Part shown: in pieces, positions 53,329 to 64,000 of the stretch
How positions within the stretch are numbered: the first letter of the stretch is position 1
Layout: every line of letters starts with the position of its first letter
NCBI GenBank assembly: GCA_977017645.1
Contig: OZ360241.1
Location: 35,278,001 to 35,342,000 of the forward strand
DNA from: Torpedo marmorata
Lineage: Eukaryota
Length of the DNA stretch: 64,000 nucleotides
Direction of reading: 5' to 3'
Translations under genes and position numbers: made by a program
Notes under the pieces: generated by a model
Database searches by the model: none
What the model was told of the DNA's origin: nothing
Seen by the model: only the letters and a program-made list of their open reading frames with translations

Positions 53329-54129
53329 CAATATTGAACCAGCTACTTTTTAAGGGTGACAATTGATGTTAAAGTCAGTTTCCTTTGTGTAAACTTCTTT
53401 CATGTATTCACTATTTTGTGTAAAACATTTTAATTTTCTATAATGTCGTTTGAGACTTGTGCAGTTTATTCTGTGCTTATTTCCTTCATCTGCTCAACCT
53501 TATCAATACCTTTTTGATATAATGGAGTGAATGAATATTCAGTCATGTCTGTTTCTGTTTATGACTAAGGCCTTGTCACTCTTTACATTTCTTCTAGCAC
53601 ACATTTCTTTCTAATACGTTTATATCTCGTACAATTCATAAAGCATCAGTGTTATGTACTATAATGAAATGTGTGTGTACATGTATGCACTGGTACACTG
53701 GTTCTGATTTAATTCCATTTATTTTTTGTTGCATATTGTGCATTATATTAAGTTATTAAGAAAATGTAAAGATTAAAATGATGTTGAATATGTTTGTCCA
53801 ATTTTATGTTGTAGCTAGAGACTTTCAAACTGACTAATATTCCATGTACATGGTAATTTGCCTTTCATTTAGCAAACTATCTACAGTATACAATTATTTA
53901 TATGAAATTATTTGGCCAGGGTGTTTGTAAAAGTCTACTCTTTGTAATAATGCTTCTTTGGTTGATAATATCCTATAATCAAAATTGTAAGATTTTCTTT
54001 TGGCCTCTACAACTAAAATTTAGATAGGAAAGGAGGTGAAATAGACAATTGGTGATTGGGATCAAAGAGCTTGGTAAGTAATCTTCAGTATGTGTTTTAA
54101 AAAAAACAGAAAATGCTATAAAAAATAAA

Positions 54130-54970
54130 AATAAACTACATTCAGCTGGTAAGCCATCATCTGTGCAGAGAGAAACCATTAACATTTCAGTCTGAGACCA
54201 TTCATCAGAACTGGGAGAGCAAAAAAAACAAGTTAGTTTTCAGTTACAGAGAAATGGGGGAGGAATGGTAGAATAAAAAGAAGAGCTCCAATGCTGTGAG
54301 ACCAAATGGGTTAATAAAGTTGTTGAAGTAGCAATTAGAATTGAATTTTGCTTGTTTGTCTGTAATGTATTGCTAATAGCAAGGTATACTATTGAAAAAA
54401 AAAATCTGAGTCAAAAGGATGACAGGCAGAAATAGCCGGATCTAATACGGAAACAAAGAACAAGAGACCTTAAGTTGGAGAATTTAGCATTTTGCGTGGA
54501 AGGCTGCAAAATGTTTAAACAGAAGGGGAGGGTTGTTGCTCGAGCTTCAGTCAGGCCGCCTTATAATTGAGCAGAGACCACAAACAGGAGGGTCGGAGTA
54601 GAGGTGAGACAGTGAATTAAAATGACAAGCTCAGAGTCACTCTGACTGGCCCTGATCTTCTGGTTGGCAGCCACTTTAATTCACCATCATGCTCTCATGC
54701 TAACCTTCCTGCAGGTGGCCTCTTGTACCGTTACAATGAGGCCCAACACAAGCTTAAGGAGCACTACTTCCTCTTCTGTCTGGTCACATCAGAAACATTC
54801 CAGATTCAATATTGAATTTTTTAACTTTAGATAACTTGCTCTTTCTTTCCACGTGTATCAGAACAGGCCATTTTTGTCTGTCATCTCTTTGGCTCAGCTT
54901 TTCTTTTTCTGTTAGCATTGTTTGGCCTGTTTTCAGCAATTTCTGTTTCAGATTTCTAGCATCTGCAGGC
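54130..54970. mobile_element. Old Penelope-like element with inverted pLTR ends
   Basis: Minus-strand CTGATGAATGGTCTCAGACTGAAA at ~54184-54208; pLTR end GATTTCTAGCATCTGCAG at ~54955. Confidence 0.55.
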
Positions 54971-55169
54971 TTTTCATTTTCAACCTTCAGCCTCTTTTGT
55001 ATAATGCATGGACTGTCATTTTTAGTTTGACCATCCTATTATGTTACTTTTGTACAGTATTCTAAATAAGCCTTTAAAATTAATCTGTGCTCATATCAAT
55101 GATAACCTTGTTTTTTCCAATTTAGTTTTTAAGACAATCTGTGATTTTTCTTTGTTTTCTGGAGGTCAG

Positions 55170-55253
55170 GTTGCCAAACTTTTGCAAGACTCGAGTATAG
55201 GAAACATTGTGAATATGGTAGTAACTCGCCTCATCTTACTTACTGATGACCAG
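55170..55253 (+). CDS. ADAMTS10: ADAMTS10-like exon 6: catalytic domain
   Basis: VAKLLQDSSIGNIVNMVVTRLILLTDDQ; 84 nt, donor GTAAGA. Confidence 0.92.
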
Positions 55254-55314
55254 GTAAGAATCACATGGGTGCTTCTGCTTCTTTTGTAAAACTATTCCAA
55301 TGCTCTTATGGTAG

Positions 55315-55772
55315 CATTCAGATTCAGATTTATTGTCAGAGTACATACATGACGTCACATACAACCCTGAGATTCTTTTTTCCTGCGGGCACAGAAGAAT
55401 TACCACTAATTGGTAGTGCAAAAAGTAAACTGTACCCAGCATAAACATGTAAAACAATCAAAAGAACTGCTAACAGGTAACGAATGAAACTGAAAATGAA
55501 ACTGACTTGTGCAATACAGAGAGAGCAAAGAAAAATCAATAAAGTGCACGAGTAAGAGTCCTTAAATGAGTCTCTGATTTGACTTTGTCGTTGAGGATTC
55601 TGATGGTAGAGGGGTAGCAGCTGTTCCTAAACCTGGTGGTGCGAGTCTTGTGGCACCTATACCTCTCTCCTGATGGCAGCAGCGAGAACAGAGCGTGCGC
55701 TGGGTGGTGTGGGTCTTTGATGATTGCTGCTGCCCTCCGACGGCAGCGTTCCCTGTAGATGTACTCAATAGT
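55315..55772 (-). mobile_element. Rex/Babar-type LINE 3' fragment
   Basis: AAAIIKDPHHPAHALFSLLPSG; tail AATAAATCTGAATCTGAAT on the minus strand. Confidence 0.88.
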
Positions 55773-55879
55773 CCAAAAAATTAGCCCATACAATTCTCTG
55801 TTATATATAACTGTATCCTCACAAAATTTTGCTCATAGGTCACCAGTGTCTTCATTAACTGAATTCCCTTTGCCTTATA

Positions 55880-57040
55880 AGAACACACAAATTAGGCCAA
55901 TCAATCCCTTCAGCTATTCATTAAGATTATGGCTGATTGAAACTTCCCCATTACTCCTGGTAACCTTTTAACTTTTGCTTATCAAAAAATGCAAAGGTTC
56001 CATTTTCACTATCTTTTGAGGAAGAGGGTCCCAAGTATAGTAAACCAACCAAGGGAAAAAAAATCCTCAACTATCTTAAATGGATGGCCCCTTATTGTTA
56101 AGCAGTGAATCCCTCTATCCAGATTTTCCCACATAAAGTAACATCCTCTCAACTTCCACCTTATCATAAACCATCAGCATCTTTTCTGCTTTGATCCAAG
56201 CCCCCTCTTGTTCTTCCAAACTCCAGCCCGTGCAAGCCCAGCCTGTCTAACTATTCTTATTAAGACAGCCTGCCCTTTCTTGTATCAGTTTTGTGAACTA
56301 TCACTGATCTGCTTCCAAAATATTTCTATCTTTCCTTACTAGGAGACCAATACAATATACAGGTGGTCCCCGACTTATGATGGTTCGACTTACGATTTTT
56401 CGAAGTTACGATGGTTCGAGTCCATACTTCGAATTTTTAATTTCGATCTGTACCCGTGCTTGTGAACTGCGGTACACTATCTCGCAATGCTGGGCGATGG
56501 CAGCATTGCAAGAGAGTATCGTACCACATACTTCTCGTGATGCTGACTCAACCCAGTGTGCTTTCAGCTGTGTACTGTACATTAATGGCTATGATGTTCG
56601 GTTTTACGACTAACGATTTTTTCGACTTACGATGAGAGTGCCGGAACGTAACCCCATCGTAAGTTGAGGACTACCTGTACAGTAGTCGGATTTGGTCCTT
56701 TCAATGACTCATATAACTGAAGCATAACTCCCTTACTTGCGTATTCATTTCTCCTGGCAACAAATATTCTGTGAGCTTTCCTAATTATTGCTTTAGCTGC
56801 AAAATAGCCTTTTGTAAATCATGCACTAGGACACCCATATATACCATCATTGAGATAATATGCAATTTTTTTGTTTGTTGTTTTAGTTTTTTTGCTGAAC
56901 AATTTCAAAGTCTTACACATTCTATTCCATTTATTAGATTTTTGCCTAACCTATCTTTTTCTAACCTCTGTATGTCCTTTCACAACTTAATTGATGTCCT
57001 ACTTTATGTCATTTGCTAATTTGGCAACTCTACCTGAGGT
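55880..57040 (-). mobile_element. Old CR1 LINE fragment hosting a MITE
   Basis: Similar to 2384-3274; sequence is continuous across the MITE. Confidence 0.6.
56360..56677. mobile_element. Tigger/pogo-type MITE, 318 bp
   Basis: TA TSD; TIR CAGGTGGTCCCCGACTTATGATGG vs CCATCGTAAGTTGAGGACTACCTG; internal GACTTACGA repeats. Confidence 0.85.
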
Positions 57041-57156
57041 ACTTTCATCTAAAACAAAGCCAGGAAAAACTCAGTAGGGCAGGCAGCATCTGTGAAAACA
57101 GAAGCAGTCAACATTTTTGGTCCACGACCCATCACCAGAACTGGGAAAGAGAGCGT

Positions 57157-57390
57157 TATAGAGTCGTACAGTGTGGAAATAGGCTCTTTGGCTCAACTTG
57201 CCGATGCCGACCAAAATGTCCCACCCACACTAGTCCCACCTGCCTGTATTGGCCCATATCCCTCTAAACCTATCCTCTCCATGTTTCTGTCCAAATTCTT
57301 CTTAAACCTTGCAATAGTACCTGCCTCAAACACTTCCTCCAGCAGTCCGTTCCATATACCCACCACCTTCTGTGTATATAAAAAAAAAAA
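57157..57390 (-). mobile_element. CR1 LINE extreme 3' end
   Basis: YTQKVVGIWNGLLEEVFEAGTIARFKKNLDRNM followed by the CR1 tail. Confidence 0.8.
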
Positions 57391-57599
57391 GTGATGCAAG
57401 TTAGTTTTCATTCAAAGAGAAGGAGTGGGAGGGATGCTTAGAATAAAGGAAATCTGCATGATCGATTCAGTCAAAATGATTTAATGACAGTAGTTACCTG
57501 CTTGGTCTGTGTAATGTATTGTTAATGGTAAGGTGGTGGATCTGTCCAGTAGGCCAGAATTATATGAGCAGGATAAGAAAACCTGAGCTGAGATAATAT

Positions 57600-58440
57600 A
57601 AATGGAAAATGCCGGAAAAACTTATTAAGTCAGGCAGCATCTGCGGGAAGAGAAACAATAACATTTCAGATGAGGGACTTGACATCAGGTTTCAGAAAGT
57701 GAGAAATGTGTTCATCTGGGTACCAGTGAAATGTGGGTTCTCTGATAGTGAAGACGTGACATGAAGGATAATTTTGAGGCTATTATGGTTGTGCAATTTG
57801 TGCTGATGTAGTTCTGGAATATGGGGGGCACTCTGAGCAGACCAGACTATAACAGAGAAGAAAAGAGAAAGGGATAGCAGGCAGAATGGTTCTTGTATGG
57901 AGGGCAAGAATAAGCATGTTATCTACAGTTAGAGAATTCAATAGTAAGATCTGCTGGTTGCAATGTGGTTAGATGGGAAATAAGATGCTGTTCCTTAGAC
58001 TTTCATTGGGTCTCTTTGTAACAGTGCAGGAGGCCAAAGACAGAGTGATCAGTTTTAGAGTGGGATCGTGAATTAAAGTGGAAGATGATCAGAAGCTCAG
58101 TCATTCCTTCAGACTGAGCACATGTGTTCTGTAAAGTGATCACACAATCTGTGTTTGGTTTCTCCAATCCAGAGGACACCACATTGTGATCACAGATTGT
58201 AGTGCACTTGATTGTAAGAAGTGCAAACAAATTGTTGCTTCACCTGGAAAGATTGTTTTGGTCCTAGGATGTCAGGAATGGAAGACCTAAAACAACATTT
58301 TGCATCTCCTGCAATTGCATGGGAAAGTGCCATACAATAGGGAATGGTAGGCAGGGACAGAGAATGGATAAAGTAGTGTGAAGGCATCAATTCCTACAAA
58401 ATGTTGAAAGACGAGCATGGGGAATATGTCTAGTAGTGGA
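57600..58440 (-). mobile_element. Old Penelope-like 3' remnant
   Basis: Colinear with 34050-34980 (pLTR, purine tract, decayed GIY-YIG region). Confidence 0.55.
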
Positions 58441-59839
58441 AAACATGATCTATTTAAATAAATTGTAGAAAGTGGAGGTCCCAGCATCGATCACCTCAGT
58501 GCACTGCATATTACCAGAAAAAGACCCATTTTTGTCAACTCTGTTTACAGTTAACCAGCCCTAACCTTTGAGGCACTTTATCAAATGCCTTCGGAAAATC
58601 TATATATAGTTAGTACATATACTAGTCCCCCATGAACTTCAATAAATCAGACAAACATGATTTCCCTTTCACAACTTTGCTTGATTCCTTGGAATTGTTC
58701 TCAGGGGCCTGCTGTAACATTAATGATAACTTTTAACTTTTTTCCTTTTACAGATATAATGCCAACTTGTTTGTACTTTCCTGCTTTTTAATTTCCTTTC
58801 TTTTTCAATTAGGTAGTTACATTCGCTATTTTCTGGCAAAATGGAGCTTTCCCTGACCGGGAAATTTTGGAAAATTATAACCAAAACAATATTCTGACTT
58901 TTTATCATCCGTGATCTTGCCTATTCCTGTCTTCCTAATCTTCTCCAACCTATGCTGCATGCTATTTACTCACTGCCAATTTTCCTATTCCTTAAAACAT
59001 GTCCCTTTGACATTGCAAGGCTGACTTTGCCTGGCTGAACACCATGATCTAGATTTCATGCTTTAGATTCCATCATGTTTCTCTCTCTCTTACTCTTGAA
59101 GCTTTCATTAACACCTTAGTTTTAGAAGTAAGTTTTAGTGAACCCAACAAATATTACATTTAGCATTGCATCAGTTTTATTTATCTGGGTAGAGTGAAGT
59201 TTTTATGAATTGCGAGGAGAAAACAATTGGAGAAAAAGAATTGTCAATGTTTCAGATCAGAAGCCTTCATCAAGACTAAGAATGCAGAAGAGATAGCAAG
59301 TATAATGAGGATGAGGTGGGAGGGGTTGGACAGGGGTCAGTAGGGGATTGGAGAGCCAGGGAAGGATGATGGACAGATGGGGAGGCAGAGGCAGTTGATT
59401 GGCTGGTGCCAGACAAAGAGAGAGAGGCAAAAGGGGTCAGTTGAAGGAAGATGAGTCATACAGACTGGAGTTGAAGACAGCGGGGGTGGGGGGGGGGGGG
59501 GTGGTGATAAGGCTACTAGCACTGGAATCTAATCAGTAGAGAAGGTTATTACGAACTAAAAAAATCTTGCTAGTACTAACAAAGGAACAGCAATGGAAAA
59601 ATTCACCAGACCATGGTAAATTAAAAATAATAGTTTTTATTAAACTATTAATAACATAACATTTCTTACTTATCTCTAAACTTAACTCTAACTTAAACCC
59701 CACTATGCGCAAATGTAAATGTGTGTGTTAAAGTCCAAACTATTTCAGTTTCAATTTGAGTCTGAAAAGTCAATTTTAAAGTCCAGTTTCAAACTTCTTT
59801 TTGAACTTCAGGATCCCTTTAAATTATAATTCAGAAGTA

Positions 59840-60637
59840 CCGTATATTTCGGCGTATAAGTCGACCGGCAGATAAGTCGACCCCCCTTTTTCAGCCTCAT
59901 TTTAATGGTTTTATGGTATATCCGGCGTATAAGTCGACCCCCAAAAATCGCGATGCCTGAGATGTTGCGCATTGACCGGCGTATAAGTCGACCCCCAATT
60001 TTCAGGCTGTCTGGGCCTCCCAGCAACAACCCAAAATTTGTTACAACATCCCAATCGCCGGGAAGATGCAGGTGCGGCGACGTCTTTCTCCCGAGCAGGT
60101 GCGGCGACGTCTTTCTCCCGAGCAGGAGCGGCGACGTCTTTCTCCCGAGCAGGAGCGGCGACGTCTTTCTCCCGGGCAGGAGCGGGGACGTCTTTCTCCC
60201 GGGCAGGAGCGGGGAGCTCGTTCTCCCGGGCAGGAGCGGGGAGCTCGTTCTCCCGGGCAGGAGCGGGGAGCTCGTTCTCCCGGGCAGGAGCGGGGAGCTC
60301 GTTCTCTTGGGTAGGAGCGGTGACCTCGGGCTCTACAATTGTAGAATGTCTGGGTGGTTTATGGCGGCGCCCGGCGGTGGGGAGGTGTCGTGGAGAGGCG
60401 GCGCCGGCGGTGGGGAGGCGCTTCCAGGGTCGACCTATACGCCGAATCGTGTTTTCAGGGGTCAACTTATACGCCGAATCGTGTTTTCAGGGGTCGACTT
60501 ATACGCCGAATCGGCGTGAACTCGATTTTGAGCTGATTTTAAGGTCTCAAAAGTATATCCGGCATATAAGTCGACCCCCGTTTTTTTCAGACATTTTTGA
60601 GGGTTTCAAGGGTCGACTTATACGCCGAAATATACGG
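59840..60637. mobile_element. Young Tc2-type MITE with 27-bp and 32-bp internal arrays
   Basis: TA TSD; perfect 27-bp TIR CCGTATATTTCGGCGTATAAGTCGACC; repeated subterminal TATAAGTCGACCC motifs. Confidence 0.93.
60068..60310. repeat. 27-bp GC-rich minisatellite, 9 copies
   Basis: GCAGGTGCGGCGACGTCTTTCTCCCGA grading into GCAGGAGCGGGGAGCTCGTTCTCCCGG. Confidence 0.97.
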
Positions 60638-63436
60638 TAATTATAAAGCAAGAGTGAAGCACCCGATTTCTTTCAATCTTACATGTCTTTTGATGAGTTG
60701 TCTTTCAGAGAGATATTCTTCTTCATGCGAGTGATTTCACAAACTCCCTCTTATCTTGCCTAAGAGTTCCGGAGTCTGTTTTCCATGGTGATTTCTTTCT
60801 TAATCGAAAGTAACACATGAGGCTGCCCTATTCTTAGAGGCAGTCGGAAGTGGTCTTACTTATTTAAAAGCCACTTACGTTGTGTATCTCCTATGATAAG
60901 GATGATACAAGACAGAACAATCCTGTCTTTCCAGGATGTCAAATTTTCTTAATCTGACTCCTTTGTCTCGGAGTTCGATAATATATTTCTTGCATATCTC
61001 TCATGTCACATGGTATATGACATCATTTCTGTCTTTGAAGTTCATAATGTCTTCTTCACACTTATGTGCTAAAAGCATCTCATTCCACTTAGACTCCTTG
61101 ATGTCTATCCACATGGACACAGAATGAATCTGCGTTTAAACAAGTGCTTCTGAGCCAACACCTATTGTTTTCAGTATCTCAAGAACCATCATAAAGCCTT
61201 TCATCTCTTGGCTTCAACTGAAATCAGTAGACATTCCGTCTCTGCAAATGGCCATCTGCCATCTCAAAGAATCATGTGTGTTTAAAATGCAAATGTGTTG
61301 TCTTTATGCCCCTGAAACCACCCAAAACTAACTTACTAAACCATCTCTAGATGAAATATAGTTTTAACATTAAACTAAAGATTAATCATAGCACATTCGT
61401 TACAAGGTGACAATGGTGATATAATGGAAGCTGTTAAGGGAGAGGATGGAACTGAAGGCAGCGAAGGAGGGAATCTAGTTGGTGAAGTTGGTGGAACAGA
61501 ATGGAACCAGAGGAGGGGACGGGATGAGAAATGGCAGGGGGTGGGGGGTTGAGGGAGGCTGGTGGGCTGAGGTGTGTGGGTGGTGGGTGGGGGGGGGGGG
61601 GAGGGAGGAAAGAGGATGAACGGAATTAGCTCGGGAGAAGGGATTTGTCACCTGAAATCAAAATATTCAATGTTCATACCCTTGGTCTGTAGAGCCTGGG
61701 TGGAATATGAGGTCCTATTACCCAGACTTCTGCTCTCTATTCACAATGGCCATCCCGAGCTCATGGTTACTCCCCTTCCTGTTCCCACTCTGACCTGTCC
61801 GTCCTTGGCTTTCTCCACTGCCAGAGTGAGCCCCAAAGCAAACAGAGGAACTACATCACCTATTATGCCTGGGCAGTCTATAGCCCAATTGTATGAACAC
61901 TGAATTGTCCAATATCTCTCCTTTCTCTTCTCTGAGCTACCTCCTTTCTTCCCACTTCATGTCCCCATTTTTTGTTCCCTTCCGCACCCAGGCTTCACTC
62001 ACTCTCAACCCCTTCCCTTCCCATTGTTACCATCCACTTACACGTTTCACCAACAGGATATTTCTTGCCCCCCCTCCCCTCCCACTCCCTACCATTCATT
62101 TCCATCTGGTATCTGGTTCCCATCTGTCCTTCACCTCTCCCTAAAAGCTTCCATCATATCACCATTGTCACCTTCTCTACTAATCAGATTCCTGCACTGT
62201 TAGCCTTTGTCTCCACTTATCGTCCTCCTCCAACTGTCTCCAACTCCACCCTGTATGAGTTACCTCACTTTTTCTGGTCCCCTTTTTCTCACCTACAGTA
62301 TCTCTCCCTTTGTTTGGCACCTGCCAATCAACTGCCTCTGCCTCCCCTTCTGTCCATCACCCCTCCCAGGTTCACCAATCCCTGACTAAGCCCTGCCACC
62401 CTGTCCTCATTATACTGGCTATATCCCCTCTCAGCTCGATGAACGGTTCCAACCCGAAACAATGACCATTCGTTTACTTCCACAGATGCTGCACAACCTG
62501 GATCCTCCAGCAGAATGTATTTTTTGTTCTAGATTCCAGCATATGCTGTCTCCTGTGTGGCTTGAAACAACAATTATTAGTTAGGAAGCAACAAAATAAT
62601 TCCATTCTTCCCTTGTTTGGAGAGTGGATATTATTTTAAGCCTGAAGACAATTCTATAGAGTTGTTATTGCCATCAAGACCATTATTTTACAGATTGTTT
62701 TTTGATGTATTTTCTTCAGAAGCATTCTTTGACAGCAAACGATATAAATTGTACAGATGAAGTACTGCAGCTTTGAACGTAATGAAAAAAATCAATGGCT
62801 TCCTTTTTAGCAAGGTGAAGAGAAGTCTTGAGACTGGAGTTAACTCTTGACATCCTCATGCCCAATCTATAGTGCTGAAATAGCCACAGTGGTAAATGGG
62901 TTAATTCAAAAGCTCATACCCAATTTCAACCTGATTTCAGGGCATTGCTAAATCAGTTAGAGTTTTTTGTGGGTAGGGGGTTGGTTGGAATGATCCCTGT
63001 GCTGGCTTGAAATGAGTACAGACTTCATTTCAGTGGTGAAATTCTGCTCCTGGACTAATTTCAGACCCAGTGTTTCTCTTGTTGTAGCTCACAACCTCAT
63101 CTTGTTCAACCTAACTACTGGAGACTTGAAATGTTTTGTAATGTTGGATAGAACAAGCAGACTTAAAACAGGTTTGATTTATTCTGATAATTCCCCAGGG
63201 ATTTAAAAAAAAAAATGTTGGTCTTTTAATCTCTATTTGATAATATTATTTCATTGTGCATTGCCAGAATCAATAACGTTTTAGAAAATGCACATCATGG
63301 TTTTGATTATTTAGTGCTCAAATTCTATTTATCTATCAGTTTTCATAAGAATTGAATTGTTGATACACAAGTTGCATTTTGAATTTACTGTTTGAGACTT
63401 TAGTGTTTATTAATATTGCCATTATTTATATTTTAG

Positions 63437-63582
63437 CCAAACTTGGAAATAAATCACCATGCTGGTAAATCACTTGATAGTTTTTGTAAATGGCAGAAAT
63501 CTATTCTTTCCCGCAATGGTAATGGAAATGCCATCCCTGACAACGGAATTGCTCACCATGATAACGCCGTACTTCTCACCAG
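63437..63582 (+). CDS. ADAMTS10: ADAMTS10-like exon 7: catalytic domain
   Basis: [48 protein letters not shown] plus AG; TTTTAG acceptor, GTAGGC donor, 146 nt. Missed by the ORF track. Confidence 0.93.
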
Positions 63583-64000
63583 GTAGGCCCTCTTTGCAGA
63601 GAAAATCATATTTCATTACAAATCTCAGGGGATAAAACACTCAACATAGTCTTTCCTAACTGTTAAATGCCTATTACATTATTATTACCATGATGGACAC
63701 TTTTTCGAAAAAGAACCTTGCATGTTCAGGATATAGTTTCAACTTATTTAAGCAGTATTGTGCCTCATCTTGTTGATCATTGTGGGAACAAGTTTTTTCA
63801 CTGTTATCTTCAAGCTGTATATGTCAAAGAAGACTTGACTTGAAAGATAACATCTTATTAGATCAATGAAAAACTGTTGGAGAGATGGGAAAACAGCATG
63901 AAGGCTGTTTTAGAGAGTAGTGCTAACCATCAGGTCAGCTCGAGGACAGAATATTCAGAGGCTAATTACAAGGTCTCCACTATATAGCCAGCGATAGGAA

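Larger units (their letters stand above)
59547..61404 (-). mobile_element. Solo LTR (~1.06 kb excluding the nested MITE)
   Basis: 4-bp TSD AGGT at 59543-59546 and 61405-61408; termini TATTACGAA...TTCGTTACA (left TG decayed to TA); minus-strand AATAAA at ~59636. The empty site is visible in the opposite PLE arm (~62160-62180). Confidence 0.8.
59245..62550. mobile_element. Penelope-like element with long inverted pLTR arms, hosting an LTR and a MITE
   Basis: 59245-59546 plus 61405-~61720 is the reverse complement of ~61900-62470; decayed hammerhead motifs near both outer ends. Confidence 0.8.

Noticed and set aside
44853-55289. ORF-track starts and stops for the ADAMTS ORFs
   Set aside because: They include intronic read-through; the exon limits are given by the AG/GT sites.
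60425-60510. 32-bp repeats of CRISPR-like length
   Set aside because: Head-to-tail with no spacers, derived from the MITE TIR, eukaryotic context, no cas genes.
59905-60640. Repetitive ORFs of up to ~200 aa in several frames (RRRLSPEQ, PAPARE, SRAGA)
   Set aside because: Translations of a 27-bp (multiple of 3) minisatellite inside a MITE.
23375-63582. Calling the gene ADAMTS6
   Set aside because: DEKPxKGRP, xLKR, GRRD and HHAGKS favour ADAMTS10; ADAMTS6 is not fully excluded without phylogeny or synteny.

Overview
Eukaryotic, vertebrate genomic DNA; the repeat content (HER1/CR1 LINEs, V-SINE/HE1, DeuSINE, abundant Penelope-like elements) points to a cartilaginous fish, probably a ray (inference). 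The window holds the 5' part of one + strand gene, an ADAMTS6/ADAMTS10-subfamily metalloprotease best read as ADAMTS10. It has a CpG island at 1-620, an exon carrying 5'UTR and the signal peptide at 23150-23471, and five more coding exons to 63582 that splice in frame with GT-AG junctions (1073 coding nt); the gene continues beyond the window. The introns are packed with decayed, often nested mobile elements: CR1, Rex/Babar and L1/Tx1 LINEs, Penelope-like elements with hammerhead-ribozyme motifs, a Tc1 transposon, Tc2- and Tigger-type MITEs, solo LTRs, a retroviral integrase, a Harbinger transposase relic and SINEs. I see no prokaryote-type system. The most interesting signals are: tiny ribozyme-bearing Penelope insertions with a fixed end point, a uORF-dense 5'UTR, an ADAMTS6/10 mosaic protein with a non-consensus furin site, a probable MITE excision footprint inside an L1 ORF, minisatellite-carrying CpG-rich MITEs, and inverted LINE copies bracketing exons 3-6. 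All family assignments are from recall and motif reading, not database searches.
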